The notes: generated by a model from the sequence alone, not told the origin. A stretch of DNA of 64,000 bases from Tubulanus polymorphus (GCF_964204645.1 NC_134026.1:21424150-21488149), one strand, 5' to 3'. Counted from the first letter of the stretch, positions 23,101 through 37,400 are shown. Translations and numbers: made by a program.

Positions 23101-26100
23101 CAAATAAGTGGACTTATTAATTTTCCTTTAATTTGGTAAGTGAATTATAATTACACGAGGACTGATTTAAAGTTTTTGATCTGCACACAACATCAGTAAT
23201 TCTATATCTTATAAATCTATATTCAATAATATAGAAATGAATTTCTAAGTAAAGTATTTAGGTGGTGTTAATCCAAATCAAAAAGGATCTTATTCGGGGG
23301 GCAATTGTCCTAGAATCAACTAAGGTAGCACTATCAACTGCAGCAAAACATTAAGCAATGCAGCCCATATACCGGTATTTCATCTACCTAGTACCTCCAA
23401 AATTTGAAAGTGTTTAAAAGATCTCATTAGAAAATAAAGATGGTGGGTTCAATCTGATTTTATGCAAGATATATGATAATTCCATGATGTCCGATATTAA
23501 TTCTTTAGAAATTTGTTTTTTACTAATCATTTAAATTCTGTATACATTTGTATAGTGGGATTTAAACTTATTATCCGTTACCCACGTCAGAGTGTACGGG
23601 CTATTCTACCACACACCATCTTCGATTAGATGAGAATTCAATTGACTTACTTTCCAGCGTTATAGATGTCGGCTGCATCCAATGTAATCAAATCGGCGTC
23701 ACCGTCTTTGATCTTTTTCATACAATCCTGCGTGGAATCGGCGAGAATGCAGCTCAGTTCGGGCTTGATGCGACGCGTTTTAAACGCCATCGTCATCATT
23801 TCGCATTTTTTCATTTCGTCCTCGGAGATGACGCACCAGCGAGCGCGCGGGATCGGACACATTTCTAGTACATCCAATTTCTTCATATACTCAGGTCCTG
23901 AAATATAACGAGTTCATAGTTTACAGTTGCCAGCTACACAGAACAAAATTACAATGAGTCATTTAGGGCAACTTTTTATTTTCAAGTATAACAATTCTAG
24001 GACCCTTTTTTGATATCTGGGGCTTCCATTGTCTTAAGGGCTACTGTCTGATTTATGGACTCCATCTTGATAAGTTTTGTAAAACTGAACCTAGGAAACA
24101 GTTTAAGTTTGTCAGTTACTTCAAATCTGCCAATAACAATCCTCTCAAATCATTTCGATATAATGTGACATTTTCGAGGTTCATTCATGCAATCGAAAAA
24201 AAAAAAAACTGATCCTACTCACCAACCCATTTATCGTAACTGCTTCTGGATCCGACATCGACAAGCTCTGTTGCATCATCGGACAACATCAAATTATTTC
24301 CGGTATAATTCCCAAGCGTTCCTTGCCAATTGGATGCAAACAGATCAAATCTATTATTGTACGGACCAGCGGGACCAAAATAACCAACCAAATCGATGAT
24401 GAACTCCTTCAAATCGGCCATATGCGCGTCGTTGGCTGGACCAGTCGACGCGAGCACCTGCGACGCTACAGTACCCCAGTTACAGCTCATGTAACTGTTC
24501 AAGTCTTTGCGCGATCCATCAGGACACAAAAGAACAAAATCCTGAAATGTACCAAATTACAGACGCTATTTCCAAGTCAAAATTCATAGCTTCATTATAT
24601 TTATCCCTAAATGTGGAGGAAAATCTTTTTTTCAATTATGAATACTTTGTCACAACTTCTGTAGATGGAATTGAGTCGTGAACATTGGTATGTCAAATGA
24701 TTAGATAGCATGGCTTCACTGAAGTTCAACCCGGTAGGGCGCCAGCTTTCTTATATTTTACAATGAAAATGAATAAAACAGAGGCCAGTTCTCAGAGGTT
24801 GAACCAAAAAATAACTAGTCTAAGTTGGTGGCTTCAGGTCGGGATGATCGATTGTGAAATGATCATGTTTAAAACAACAAACTGAATGACATAACTTAAT
24901 AATAGTATTCAACCTACACTTTCTCTAAACGGGCTGGTCGTTCCATTCGCACCGACAATCGCTTCAATTATACCGGCTCGTAAGAACGCCACATCTCCTG
25001 TACCGCTCGCCATGCAGTTAAACGCTCCGACATAGTTGGCAAAAGTGTCGTTTGATGTACAATAGTTTTCTTTCTTCCCACTACATAATTCACAAGCTTT
25101 CATCGGATTCATACCTGAAAATCATACGACCGAGTGGAGAATTTCTTTTCTAAATGTTGACATGTACCCACAAACCTCCTATCCACCACGCGTTGAGGAC
25201 AGGACAAGTCCTAAAACTTGAAGATTGCTAATTTGTTTCTACCGTAAATGTATTGGTCAAAATGTATTGTAAGCAGACAAGGGAGGCATCTCTAGTTGTA
25301 ATCATTGAGTCATAGAGACCTACTAACCGTAGCTGTTATAGTATCTACTAAGCACCGACGGTACGCACATACTGCCGAAATGATTGGCAACTGATTCGAC
25401 ATGCAGGTTACACTCTTTCACTTCAATTATACCCATCTGCAATAACTGTGAAACTGGTAACGTCCATCCAGCTCCCCAGCCCATACCTGCAGAGTTAATC
25501 ATCATATTGTCATTATAAAATAAGAGGGAGTCCAATTTCAGAATTAGTTAAAGTCAGGCCTAGTCTAAATTTGTGTCGTACCTGGTGAGCATATTTTCTT
25601 TCCTTTTAACGTGTCTTTGTTGACGTCGGGATTATCTCGCCTTGCCACCATGACCGCGTGCAAATCCGTTTCTGCAAAACAAAAGTGAATCAATGAATCA
25701 GTCAGTGAATCAATATCATGCTATAGTGGTTGGTGATCAAATAAGAAATTGCACTTCCGATACACTATAACCTTCAAAGTTTATTTACGATAGACGCAAG
25801 AGTTTAGTTCAGTAAAATTTTGAAAGAAATTATGGCAATCTTTTTTCTTTCATTCCCTCAACCCACTGGAGCACCACGCAGGGCATTACAGCGGGTTCGA
25901 TGTTTCTTTATCCCAACAGGGGAGAGACCAGAGAAGAACCTTCGACCAAGAAAATCTTGTCGCTACCAGGGTTTGAACCCATAAACCCTGGATCGACGAG
26001 ACCAGTGATCGGCAGCTTGACCTACTCGGCCACTGCGCCTCTCGACACTGATTATGATAAATAAAAATGAACGTGTATATTGACTCATTAAGACTCCCAT

Positions 26101-28688
26101 CCCTTAGGTTTCACAAGGGTTCAGAGGAGGCACATGCACAAGAACTTCTTTTAACACAAGATTTTTGTCTTCCTGAGTATAGAGGACTGATTACACAGAA
26201 CAGCCGCATCAAAAACCTGTACGAACCCCCTATTTTGTCAGGCGACAGGATCCCTTTCTAAAATCTATATCGTCCTGCAAGCCTACAACCGGGTAGATAA
26301 CAACTCACCCATTCCATATCTCTCAGCCATCAGAGGTATAAGACGGAAATATCGGCCAGCCATGACCATTTCACCGGCATCTAAAGACACGAGGTCGGCT
26401 TTTCTATAGCGTACGAGACTCATGCAGGTGAAACGATCAGCGTTTCTGACGACGATACATTCCAGAGTGAATCGCACCATGTAGATCTGTACAAACTTTT
26501 TCATTTCCAAACATTTTCCTTCTTCGGCAACCGTAACGCACCATTTAACAACTTGAAAAAAAAAGAAAGACCTTTCAAGGATCTTGTGTATACTTTCAAA
26601 TGAGTGAAACGGTCAAGACTGAGGAAGCAAATAAGATTAATTTTAGGTAGGCCTCACCTCGGCTCAGGTCTCTGTAATCATAATTATAAACTTGGCCTCT
26701 AACTATATTTTGAGTGGCCATACTACAAATCATACACACAAACTATGAATCAGTTTTTCACTCAAATTACTGAGTAGAACTTTTATAGTACCAGTCTTTT
26801 TATAGTGGAGAAAGAGGGTCAAAAATGAAATAATCATATTTATTCTTTTGCCAAATTTGGGCCTACCTACCTTTCCTGGTGCTAGGATTTCGATTACCGA
26901 ATTGGCCATCACATTGATTTGTCAATGCGACCAACACAACCAGCAAACACCCAAACGCAAATTTTATCATTTCATCGGTTCAACGACTTATTACTTGAAG
27001 GATGGTTAAAGTCCTCCAAAATTTATGATTGAAAAATCGAAAATTCTGAAAAATTGAACCAAGGAACACCAATCAGCGTACGCGTGCGCGATGAAAAAAG
27101 TGCCGTTAACGTTAATCCAAACTGAAATGAAAAGTCTTTATAATTATCTCTATAGTATCAAATAACATTTCTCTTTGATTTTCTAAATACAAACACAAAT
27201 TTAAGAAAAAAGATTTTAGATTTAGATGCAAAATATGACTTGTAACGCGTATAGATTTGCTGTTGGTGCTGCCATCTCAGATCGGGGCGTTGACGAAATG
27301 ATTCATACTATTCAGGTTCGAATCCTGAGTTATTTAGAAAAATATATTGATCGTGAATGACTTATTTATGTTCACCATTTCAGAGAAATGGAACAGGGAA
27401 ATCACAGAGTTGTTCTAAATGTTGCAGGGACACATCTGTGGTTGATTTCACTCAGGTCCCCTTAACAGAAATGCTAAAGTGGTTTTTTTTTCAAATAAGG
27501 ACAGGTATACATCGAGCGAGTGCTCAGGTGCGGGGGATACATGAAATACCCTATCTTTCCACATCAACTCAACTTACTCATTTTGGTCAATCAACAAGAT
27601 AATTTATGAAATGAGTTGTTCAATGCCTCAAGCGCAATAAATGATCGGTCGGACCAGATCCATTCTGAGAATATTTCAAAAGTACCGGTACGACTATGTT
27701 GCGTAGCCTTGTGCGGGATCGCCACAACACGGATATAACGCAGTTCCGCACTCAAATTCGCCGTCATTTCCAATTTCCACTCAAATAAAAATTCATGGTT
27801 CAAGAAATTTTATGGTTCAAAAATGCCTGTGGGAAAATGCATCTATGAGCAGCAAATTCAAAAAAGTTTCGTGGCCCCAACCTCCGCATCGAACGTGTTT
27901 GCTCGCTGGTGACACCACCGACTTATTGAAAAAAATATTCCACTAATCCTAGGCCTCTGGTCGTACCATTCCAAAATTGCTTCCGCAAGCCCTGAAGTAT
28001 ATCATCTGCAGAAGTTGGCTCCATATGTAGGGAGCCCGGAGAGGTGACATGGTGAAGATTTTTTTTTTTTTCGTTCGAACGAAATGTTTTTCGAACGGGT
28101 TGTAAACGGCTGGGACTTAATTGTCTATACCATTAGGTAGAATTTGAAAAACTTAACGTTCCCATGAAAAGAACATATCTTTTTTATGTCACCTTTGGGG
28201 CTTCACATTTGGTATTCAATATATTTACATTAATGTACATTCAATAACAAATGGAGTCAATTTCGTCCGTCTTTTATATCCCGAGTGCATGAGAATATAA
28301 CGATAGGAAAAAGGAAAGGCATTTCGAGCATCGTCACGAACTGAAATTGCCGTGACCAACAACCGTGACGAAGATAATATAAATCATGCTGTTTTCAGCC
28401 GCCAACGAACAATGTTATTTAGTTGATCTTTAAGTGATTTTTTTTTCAAATCGCCGATGTATATTTGGGAACAAAAGCATACACGTTTCTTCCAGTTGCC
28501 ATGTCCAACTGTGTGTCACTTGTAGAGCCGATATACTGAAAGTCAAATATGACAAACAAAAACGAAACATGTCCGCAATGGCCATACATCTCAGATACAA
28601 AATACCGGTTTTTTTTACTCGTGTCTACTGAGAATAAGAAAAGATAGCCGAAACCGAAGACGGCTACAGCGAAAACAACAGACGACAT
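20127..28688 (-). CDS. MELTF: Melanotransferrin-like bilobal transferrin with signal peptide and GPI-type C-terminus, 13 exons, ~758 aa
   Basis: Exons 28688-28619, 26551-26309, 25671-25582, 25486-25328, 25114-24918, 24541-24223, 23897-23651, 22851-22736, 22414-22292, 21814-21641, 21385-21191, 21093-21018, 20394-20127 join in frame. Transferrin motifs VKWC/ARWC, ADLVSLDAG/ADLITLDAA, AGWTLPV/AGWVIPV, GAFNCM/GSFRCL, GDVAF, LLCPDG/LLCMDG; hydrophobic tail. Exon 1 is the least certain. Confidence 0.88.
21846..22158 (-). mobile_element. tRNA-derived SINE with Nin/Deu-like core and L2-type tail
   Basis: On the minus strand: tRNA-like head (gtggttagtgcg..ggtttgaaccc), core ctctctccacccaggagtaaatgggtacc, tail gcgctatataaatg..attattatt. 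A second copy lies at 60734-61010. Confidence 0.75.
22892..23317. mobile_element. Mutator-like MITE (9-bp TSD)
   Basis: TIRs ggtatcaggataattgccccc / ggggggcaattgtcctagaatc; flanks aacgaaggt (22883-22891) and aactaaggt (23318-23326), 8/9 identical. Confidence 0.65.
25855..26043 (-). mobile_element. tRNA-derived SINE, second family
   Basis: Minus strand has A-box tggccgagtagg and B-box ggttcaaaccc followed by a non-tRNA body; no complete cloverleaf. Confidence 0.6.
28028..28208. mobile_element. MITE in transferrin intron 1
   Basis: gggagcccggagaggtgacat pairs imperfectly with atgtcacctttggggcttc. Confidence 0.5.
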
Positions 28689-28903
28689 GGCTTGCGGTTC
28701 GCGTGAAAAGGTTTCGGGCATGGTGAATGTATCACTTACAACCTCCCTCGGATGCTGGGTATGAACCCTTCCTTCTCGGTGGTGGTTGTCAGGTCTGATC
28801 CATTTGATCCGTTGAATAGTCATAACCGAGCACCAATTGATACATGTTCGGATGAAATCAAGCTCGGAAAATATAATTGATGATCTTCAACGCGACCGTT
28901 AAC

Positions 28904-29184
28904 CAGGGGCGGATCCAGACGGGAGCACAAGGAACACCTGCTCCCGTCGCAATTTTCCCGTGCCCTTTTGAAAAGACAATATTATCCAGGGCACTTTTTC
29001 CACCCGCGACATCAATTCTTAAATTGCCCCCGAGTGCCTAGAAATTGCATCAAAAATTGCACTGAAATTTCCAAATGTTCCAGACCATTGTTTTGGCTGT
29101 GTGGATACTTATAACTTGCCCTTTTTTCATCATATTATGTTCATATTCATTTTCTGTCAAAGTCTGCCCCTGGATCCGACCCTG
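28904..29184. mobile_element. CAGGGGCGGATCCA-family MITE (hAT-like)
   Basis: caggggcggatccag..ctggatccgaccctg; same termini as 30407-30624. Confidence 0.65.
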
Positions 29185-30406
29185 AGAACGTACCAGTCTT
29201 TAATAATAGTGAATTTTTTGTAATGACAGGCCTCCGCATATCAACGCGTACTGACGCGGTTAGACGAGAAGATATCGAATACTCACAGTTTATGCCACAA
29301 ATCCTTTTTTTATGAATCAACATTTATGATTTTCAGTGGCGCATGATAACAGCTAAATCAAAATTATCAGGAAGTTATCATATATACGCATTGACTTAGG
29401 AGTATGAATTTAATCAAATGATTATGGATTCATGTGTTTCATAGTCAAAGTATCCGAGACTTTGAATCAACTAGTTAAGCACAACTGTTTCGGCAGCCCA
29501 AGTTTAGATTCAGATACAATAGCACACCCGTCAGTCACACTTAGTAAATAACAAACATTTTTCTTTGCATCTGCTTTTAGTAGAGAAATTCTGCCATGTC
29601 CTTCCTTGGACTTATTTCTTTTTCCGGTGAACTAACTTTCATTTGTTAAATTTCATCGGAAATTGCTTGTGTGTGCGTGTGTGTGTGTCGGGGGTGGTTG
29701 TTGAACATAAATACACGAAATGACGTCACAGAACATCCGCATAGTGCCATCGTTCGGCACGATGCGCGAAAACGAAATCCATTCACATCTGCCCGATGGA
29801 ACCGTATACATAAAAAAATTCGATCGTATTTTTTTTAAAATCTCGTCCATTTGATTTTCACTTTCCTTTAAATTAACTCAAACAAATGTGGTATAAAACC
29901 ACGAGGCAAGTATGTAAATCGTATACGAGTTGTCCTCGGCCGTCAAATCGAAAAGGTCTAACATGTATGCTGAAAATTCATCAACGATGATATACACATG
30001 TATTACTTTCAAAATAAACGTTAGATTTATTCAAATAGATATATCTGTGAGGCATGCAATGATAACCGTACATTTATGAAGGCTATTAAACGGATAGACG
30101 GTCGAGCGACCATCACTTTTTTCATCGCCGACTATTCGGTAACAGTAATCTGCATGTGACAATAATCACCAAGGTTACACGGAAAATTTCTCAAAGGCTG
30201 CACGCGTGTGTTTATTCATTCTGTACAGACGACACCGCCGGCACCGTGGAGCGGGATGGGAATGGGTAGGGATGGGCAGGCTCCAGAGATAGATAGGTTA
30301 CACGAACATAGATACAAATCCCGTAGAATACCGTAGAGAAATTCACCGAATGAAATATCTGTTACATATTGTGACGATACATTTGATATTGAAAAACTGG
30401 ATACCT

Positions 30407-30624
30407 CAGGGGCGGATCCAAGGGGAGGGTGCATGGGGTGAAATTTCACGGGAAAATAAAACATATTAAACTGATACCTAAAAAGTTTAGATTCATAAGT
30501 TTGAACCTCCAAAAATGAGTTCATGTTTTGGAATGAGCATTCTCTCGAGGTGCCCTATTATTTCTATATATGATGTGCTCTATTTTGGGGATGCACCCTG
30601 AATCAGACCCTAGATCCACCCATG
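30407..30624. mobile_element. CAGGGGCGGATCCA-family MITE with 5-bp TSD
   Basis: caggggcggatcca..tagatccacccatg, flanked by TACCT on both sides. Further copies or ends at ~31960 and ~35895-36195. Confidence 0.7.
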
Positions 30625-31421
30625 TACCTCAAACATTCTTAGCCTTTCAGGTCACGAAATACGTTTATCGATACATATTGCGATTAATATGATATAACAG
30701 TCTCTTTCGCTATGATAGCATTTTTTTGTTTTACATTTATCTGTTGTTATTAAGAACTAAAATAAAGATAAGAAATGCAAATATTTTCAATATTTCAATA
30801 TTGGTTATAACACACAGTATAGAATAAAATAAATTGATATGACTTAAGATTGACTAAAATCGTTGACCCGCGCGAAAAGCAAACATAAAATCATTTGATG
30901 CGTAAATACAAATAATGTTTGATAGATAAAATCAAAAATACATTGTATTTTTTATAAAATACATAGGAATATTGGCAGTGGTAAAATTAGAGATCAGTGG
31001 TAAAAAAAAACTTCACATAGGATATATCAGGGGAATATAAAAACGATTTCTTCCAAAGCTTTGTTCAGAAAAAAATCGTGTTCACTTGCCGTGTGTCATC
31101 TAAGAATATTCCCTGCACACCGTGACGTCATGTACTATATACATGTGACGTCACAGCAGCTATAATCTCTTCTCCGATGCGTGTAAAACACACGCAGACA
31201 CTATCACAAATCAACAATCTCGATATATAATCGAAACAAATATAAATTACATGAAATGAATTAACTGAAAATACTGCAGGGAAATAGAGATCGTTTCAAA
31301 AAGACCATATCGTTATGCGTTTCAATTTCAAAATAGAGTATTGCATGCGAGGCGCGCGACCACTGTGGCGCGGTTTCGACAAAAACACGGTACGAAAAAA
31401 ACCCAATGAACTGTTGTTTTT

Positions 31422-34400
31422 TTATTGTTCGTCAGAGCATGGGTTGCTGTAACCGGGAACGTTTTGACAGACGGCGTCCTCGCCGAAACCGAGAACCTTT
31501 CCGAATTTATACCGCACGTACCAATCCGGTTGAACGGTCATCCACGATGCGCCGACGAATTTCAGGCCCTTATCGGATACAAAATTTTCGACATCGAACA
31601 AACACCTACAATGAAAAACGAGATTTGTTTTAACACCATATGCCGCAGACGGGGTAAAAATATACGAGTATATTTCACAAAAAAAAACAAGAAAATCAAC
31701 AGAATAAACAAACCACACAAAGCGTCATATTGACATTATATGCGTGGTAAATAACACTCGATTCGCATAAAAGGATTTAAAGATTTTTCAATTTTGTTTT
31801 GTGGCATCTGCGTTTGGTTTGATTCAATCGTTTAGAATCATTTTGTGGTAATGAGTTTAGATTCATAAGCTTGTTCTCCGCTTGAGCTTTCTTCCGAGGT
31901 GCCCTCGTAATTATATATGATATGCCCTTTTTTGAGGTAGCACCCTTCCCTCGGACCTTAGATCCGCCCCGTATGGCTCTGCGTAAGGAACGTATCAAGA
32001 ATCACGTGCGCATTTTTTTTATGATTGGAAGAGGCCTTTTTCGTTGCGGTAAAAGGGGAAGGGGAATTGCGGAGGGAGAGTTGGAAACATGCATGCCTAA
32101 CGCATGTAATGTAATGCTATATACTCATCGGTACTCTCGTGATGAACTGTCAGTAATGGGCACATAAAACGAGTGATGTTTTTCGCCTGTTGTAATTAAT
32201 TTTGTCGCCTTACCCAGCAATTATAATTCCCGCAACGGCATCAGGCCATTAAGGCACTTGTGAACACCGTAGCGATGTATGTGTATATGAGATAAACCAT
32301 TGCAGCTGCCAGCAATCAAACTGTTCCCAACTTCCGAGTAATAATCATAGTATTATCTGATTTTGTGCGAATTATTTTATTTTGATTGGCTCCGAGTCAG
32401 AGAATGCAGAGATGCCGTGTTTATTGACTTGCTCCTCGCCACTCACACCTAACCGTGCGGACCATGAAAATTGGTTGAAAAGTGTGGTGAAAATAAGAAA
32501 TTGTTAAGAAACCCATAACGCAAGTTCTAAAATTTAAGCTTCAAATCAAAACATGAAATAAGAAACTTTCTAGACATCTTGGACTTTCACTTTTTCACTT
32601 TTTTCTAGGTCGTTTCGATGGAAATGTGTATAACGTCGTTTTTTATTTCAATTTTGGTACCGGATGAAACGGTCGAAAAATCTCCAAATTGAAGAACTGA
32701 ATAAAAAAAGATCGCATGCAACTCACCGTCCTTTAAAAAGTGGGTGACAGTTGTCATAGGCATATTTCGCTAAATCCTTAGCAGTTAACGACGTAGTTGC
32801 TTCCGTATGCTCGTACACGACAAAATGATAGAAATGTTTTGCGTCAGGTGGTAGCGGCCCGATGTATTGTATAAGTTCTCTACCCGTGTTGCCATCGCCA
32901 TTTTTTATGTCAGTCAGCACCCAATGCAGCAACGGCTTGCGATAAGTTCCGGCGGATTTATCTTTGACGTCTGCGGCTAGGAATAAAACTGTGTGTCGTT
33001 TTGCTGCAGAGAAAAGTATAATCTTCAGTGTTTTACAAATGCATTTTTCGTTTTTTACATTTTTCTTTAGATCATATCATGAAACATATGATAATGATTT
33101 GATAATGATTTTCATTAACCATTTTGAATCATAATAATTGTACAATAGTAATACGAATACAAAAATTCAAGACGCCTGAAGAAACCTTTTATGATTTATA
33201 GGATATTCATTCCACCTTTCCATATTTTGTTGCGAAAATAAATCCAAAATCTTTAATTCGATCGAGATGACTCTGAAAACTGTATGTCATCTGACCGATA
33301 GACAAATGTATGCTATTGGGAGAAAATATTCGTATCGATTCCGTTCCGAATCTGAATATGATTATCGATGGGCCATTATTCATCCAACTATAAGTGTATA
33401 TGACCTGTCTAAAGGCCGCTCGGTTCGGCACCTTTTTACTCATGCAACACATCTAGCGATGTACGAGAACTGCAATGAATGAACTCTCTCAATGGCCATT
33501 CTAAAGCGCCATGTAATGGGACATGTCGACCCTTCCAAGGCCGTATTAAAGCATTGCGCACCGCGAGACCTAGTTCACCTAATATGTTGATTATTCACAC
33601 GAAACGACCATAAAACTACGATTTCCGTCGGTTTCTCAATACTTACTACTAATTTTTTGTTCTTTAAATGGATAAAACGCGCGAGGTATGATGTTGATAG
33701 TTGGTGGGTAACCAGTTCTAGCATTCACCGAGTTCACGATTCCGCTGCCAATTGGATTCAAATAAACGGTTTCCTCTCTATAAACAAACATATAATAAAA
33801 AATTATCTCTTCTCGCAAAATTATGAAAGATGATATTCTTCACGACTTAAACTTTAATTCAAGGCGTTAGTGTTATTTCTATTTTTGAAACGAATACAGC
33901 TCCACAGTTAACCAGATGAATTCATATGAAGAAATCACAACGAAAAACACCGCATAATATGTAGCAATCAGTATTATTAAAATGAGATTAAAAAGAAAAT
34001 CGGTATAAAGTTGGGGGATTGTATAATCACGTATCCCGTTTCCATCTAATTTCAAGCTTATTGGAATATCCCTTCTGCTGCATATCCGACTTTAGGCGGA
34101 TTTTCATTTTAATCTCATTTTAACAATACGATTGCTACATATTATCCGGTGTTGTTCGTTTGTGTTTTTGCGCAAATGTAATTTTGTCGAACGATAAAGT
34201 GCAATTCAAATTGAAATCCATCTATGTAAGTAGACGTTTTACGAACATAGAGCATGATATTTGTAATGCCCAGTGGATTGAGCATACGCAGTCACGACAC
34301 AAGCGCAATCGCCAGGGGTGTATTTGATTCAGAAATTAATTAAAGTGAACTTTGAATTACAGTTTCATTAGCAACCTAATCGTTTTTAATCACCACAGAT

Positions 34401-37400
34401 GCGCATTATACCCATGGTATTAAATCATTGTGTCATAATCATGTGGGCAGTCGACGCATGCTTAAACGCTATTTTATAGTTGAGTAGGCGAAATCCGCGA
34501 AGTGGGTATAAGTAATCAAGAATTAAATCCCGGCCATGTCACTCAAAGTTGATGGGTTAATAGAATTTTTTGTTTTACTTTTCAAAAATTAAGTATTTTA
34601 TCTCGGATATTCTTATTTCTACCTAACCGCCATACGAACTTTACCGAGTTAGTTTGTATTAAATTCATAAAATACGATACAGTCTATCTGTATGCATATA
34701 CGGATTACTTGAATGGTCTTCGTAACGGATAGGTTTGCGCTGCATCGCAGTTCGTTAATATTTAATCGTATATTTCAGGGACGAAGCCCATTAATGCCAC
34801 TTGCTTCCTGGGAAAATGCGAAGAAGAATACGTACTTGTAAGAATGCGTCCTGCAACAGACGTCGAACTGTATGGCGGAAGTCGTGAACGAAACATTCAG
34901 GAATGTCGTCTGACTAACATGAGCGGGGAGAAAACTGCGAAACGGTTCTTGTTGTCGTTCTCCAGTTGCTAATGAGCAAATAAGAAAAAAACGGATGGGT
35001 TTAGGTGACTCACGTCTAAGTAAATAGGATGACTAAAACTTCCCAGTAAAACGTCTTATGTTTGTATAACCTATACATATTAGGCTTTACACGAAACATT
35101 TTCTTCCATGGATACACCATACAAGTATACTAAGATAACCTTATAATTTAACCGCTTTATTGATACAAGTTACAAATCATGAGATAAAGACTTTGATGAA
35201 GATGTATTTCACGTCACAAATTAATTAGATTGATGATAAAAACACGCAAATAAGATTCGCGAAAATATATTCTCTCGTTGGTTATGCATATTATCAATTA
35301 CTTTATGTAATTCGACATCGGAAACTTACCTTCTTTTACGAAGTGTGGGCAGTTGTTCACGAATCCGGTGTCTAAAGCTTCTTGCGCTGAATACTTGTCG
35401 AACGATATCATAATCCAATTCATCGCTACGGGACCTTTATATAATGAGGAAATCTTAGAATATAAGTCTAAAGCTTAATTGAAAATTTTGGTAATCTTTA
35501 TTACGTATTACCTTGTCTAAAATACATTTTGTGTAATGCATATACATGTATATATAGCAAAAAAATGAAGACTTACCTACTAGCTTAGATTTATCGACGA
35601 ATTTCTTGAGTATTGATTTCGGTAGTGATCTTAGGTTTCTGATATCGGCGGACGACTTTCCCTTCTGTTTGAACAATATGAACAGGTAGGGATTCGCTAT
35701 TGGACGGAAGTTCAACGGTCGTTTATACGGAACCAGTTCCTAGAACAAATTTGTATAGAATTGATAGAAAAACCTGTGGAAAAAATAATCGTATACAGAT
35801 TGTAAAACATTATGGTATTTTGGGAAATTGAAGAGAACTAAATGCCATCATATTGAAGGACCCAATTCACAGATTTGCAGTGTTATTACTTTTCAAGGGC
35901 GGATCTAGGAATCTTTGAAGGGGGTAGACCTGAAAATTGGAATGGACATTTTATTTGAAAAGGACAGATTTGGAAGTGCGAGGGCTGCAAGCGCGAACAT
36001 TCGTTAGGGTTCTGGTGGCCCTCCCAGAGAAATCCAGGATCAAAAGGGGCATTTCTGGCCCTCATCACTTAACAGGGCCCATTCGGATTTGTTTTTCATC
36101 TTTAAGCTTGTCATGCAAAAAATGTTCCAGACGTTTTGGCAGGCACGTTCGAATTTGGAAGGGGGTAGACCATCACCTCCTAAAGCCGCATCTGGGAGTA
36201 TAATGTATTGAAATTTACTCGTAGTGCAGTTACATAACAATTAGAAATCTTCAGAATATTAGATCACAATGTGAAAACGAAATAAGTTTGATTCTAAGTT
36301 ATAGTAACCCACACTCGCGGGACGTAGGTCTCGATGTTGCGTTGGCGAATATATTTTTGCCGATGGTCTCCGTCGTGGAAAGCATATAGTTTATTCCGCG
36401 GGGTACGATGCTAATGGTGCGACGCGAAGAATCATTTATTGTTCACCGATGAATTCCGTGAAAAAAACACTCGGAAATATTATCTTTTTTTCTAAAGGTA
36501 AATGGATCCGCGGGGAGCTGAACGACGAAAACACGGTACCGACTACGAACAGCGGAAAGCGTGGTTGGCTTTCGTGATAGTTTTAATTAAGTCGTTGGAC
36601 GTTATGGTAAACAGTCCAAACACGATTAGAGCTTCCCCTCGTCGACTATACTTATATATAACATCCTAAATTTCATCGTCGCACAGCCATTGATCAATTT
36701 ATTATTCCACATGTAAATCGTATCAAAGATCATTCCCATTAAAGTAGCAATATGCTATATTAGAAAATGTTTTACCGTGTATGTAGTTCATAATAGAATT
36801 TTGAAATGAGATTCTAAAATGAGATTCTTATCAAACATAAATCCCCGAGGAAAAAAATCAAACCTCATCATTATGTATAAATTTATTGCATCTAATGGAC
36901 TGGTCAATATTTTATAGTCTAACTCTGATTGTTGTTCACAAATTAATACCTGCAGTCGTGGTCTATCAACAATGGCTACAGACCAATTGCCAATGGTTTC
37001 GATTCTGAAGACGCAGTTATAGAATAAGATCGTTTTAGAAGAGTAAATCATTTCATATTCTTAACTTCGCTGCACCTCTAACCATGGACTCTATCTAAAA
37101 ACTTCGTTAGAGTGCTTTTACCTTCAAAGATAGAACTATCTTCGATCGTTTTATAGACCATTATCCCGGGGCTGGATTCTAACATCAGCCCCTATACGGT
37201 ACAATAATATATATTTGGTTGAATCATTGAGTGTAATATGGAAACATCACTGGTTAACATTTGAATAGCTTCCTCCGAGCAACACTGACTGATTTCTGTA
37301 AAACTGTTCTTATATAGGTGATAATGATACCAACTTACCTTTCCTTGATTAAGAGTGTTTCCCGGAATGTCGACCCATAAACCGTGTATATTTCCGAGAC

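Noticed and set aside
25960-26043. tRNA gene
   Set aside because: A and B boxes are present but there is no intact cloverleaf; it continues into a SINE body.
28446-28823. 125-aa ORF as a separate gene
   Set aside because: It contains the transferrin signal-peptide exon plus read-through into the intron.
29050-29075. Iron-responsive element near the transferrin gene (CAGTGC on minus strand)
   Set aside because: The flanks do not form the 5-bp upper stem, and the site lies inside a MITE.
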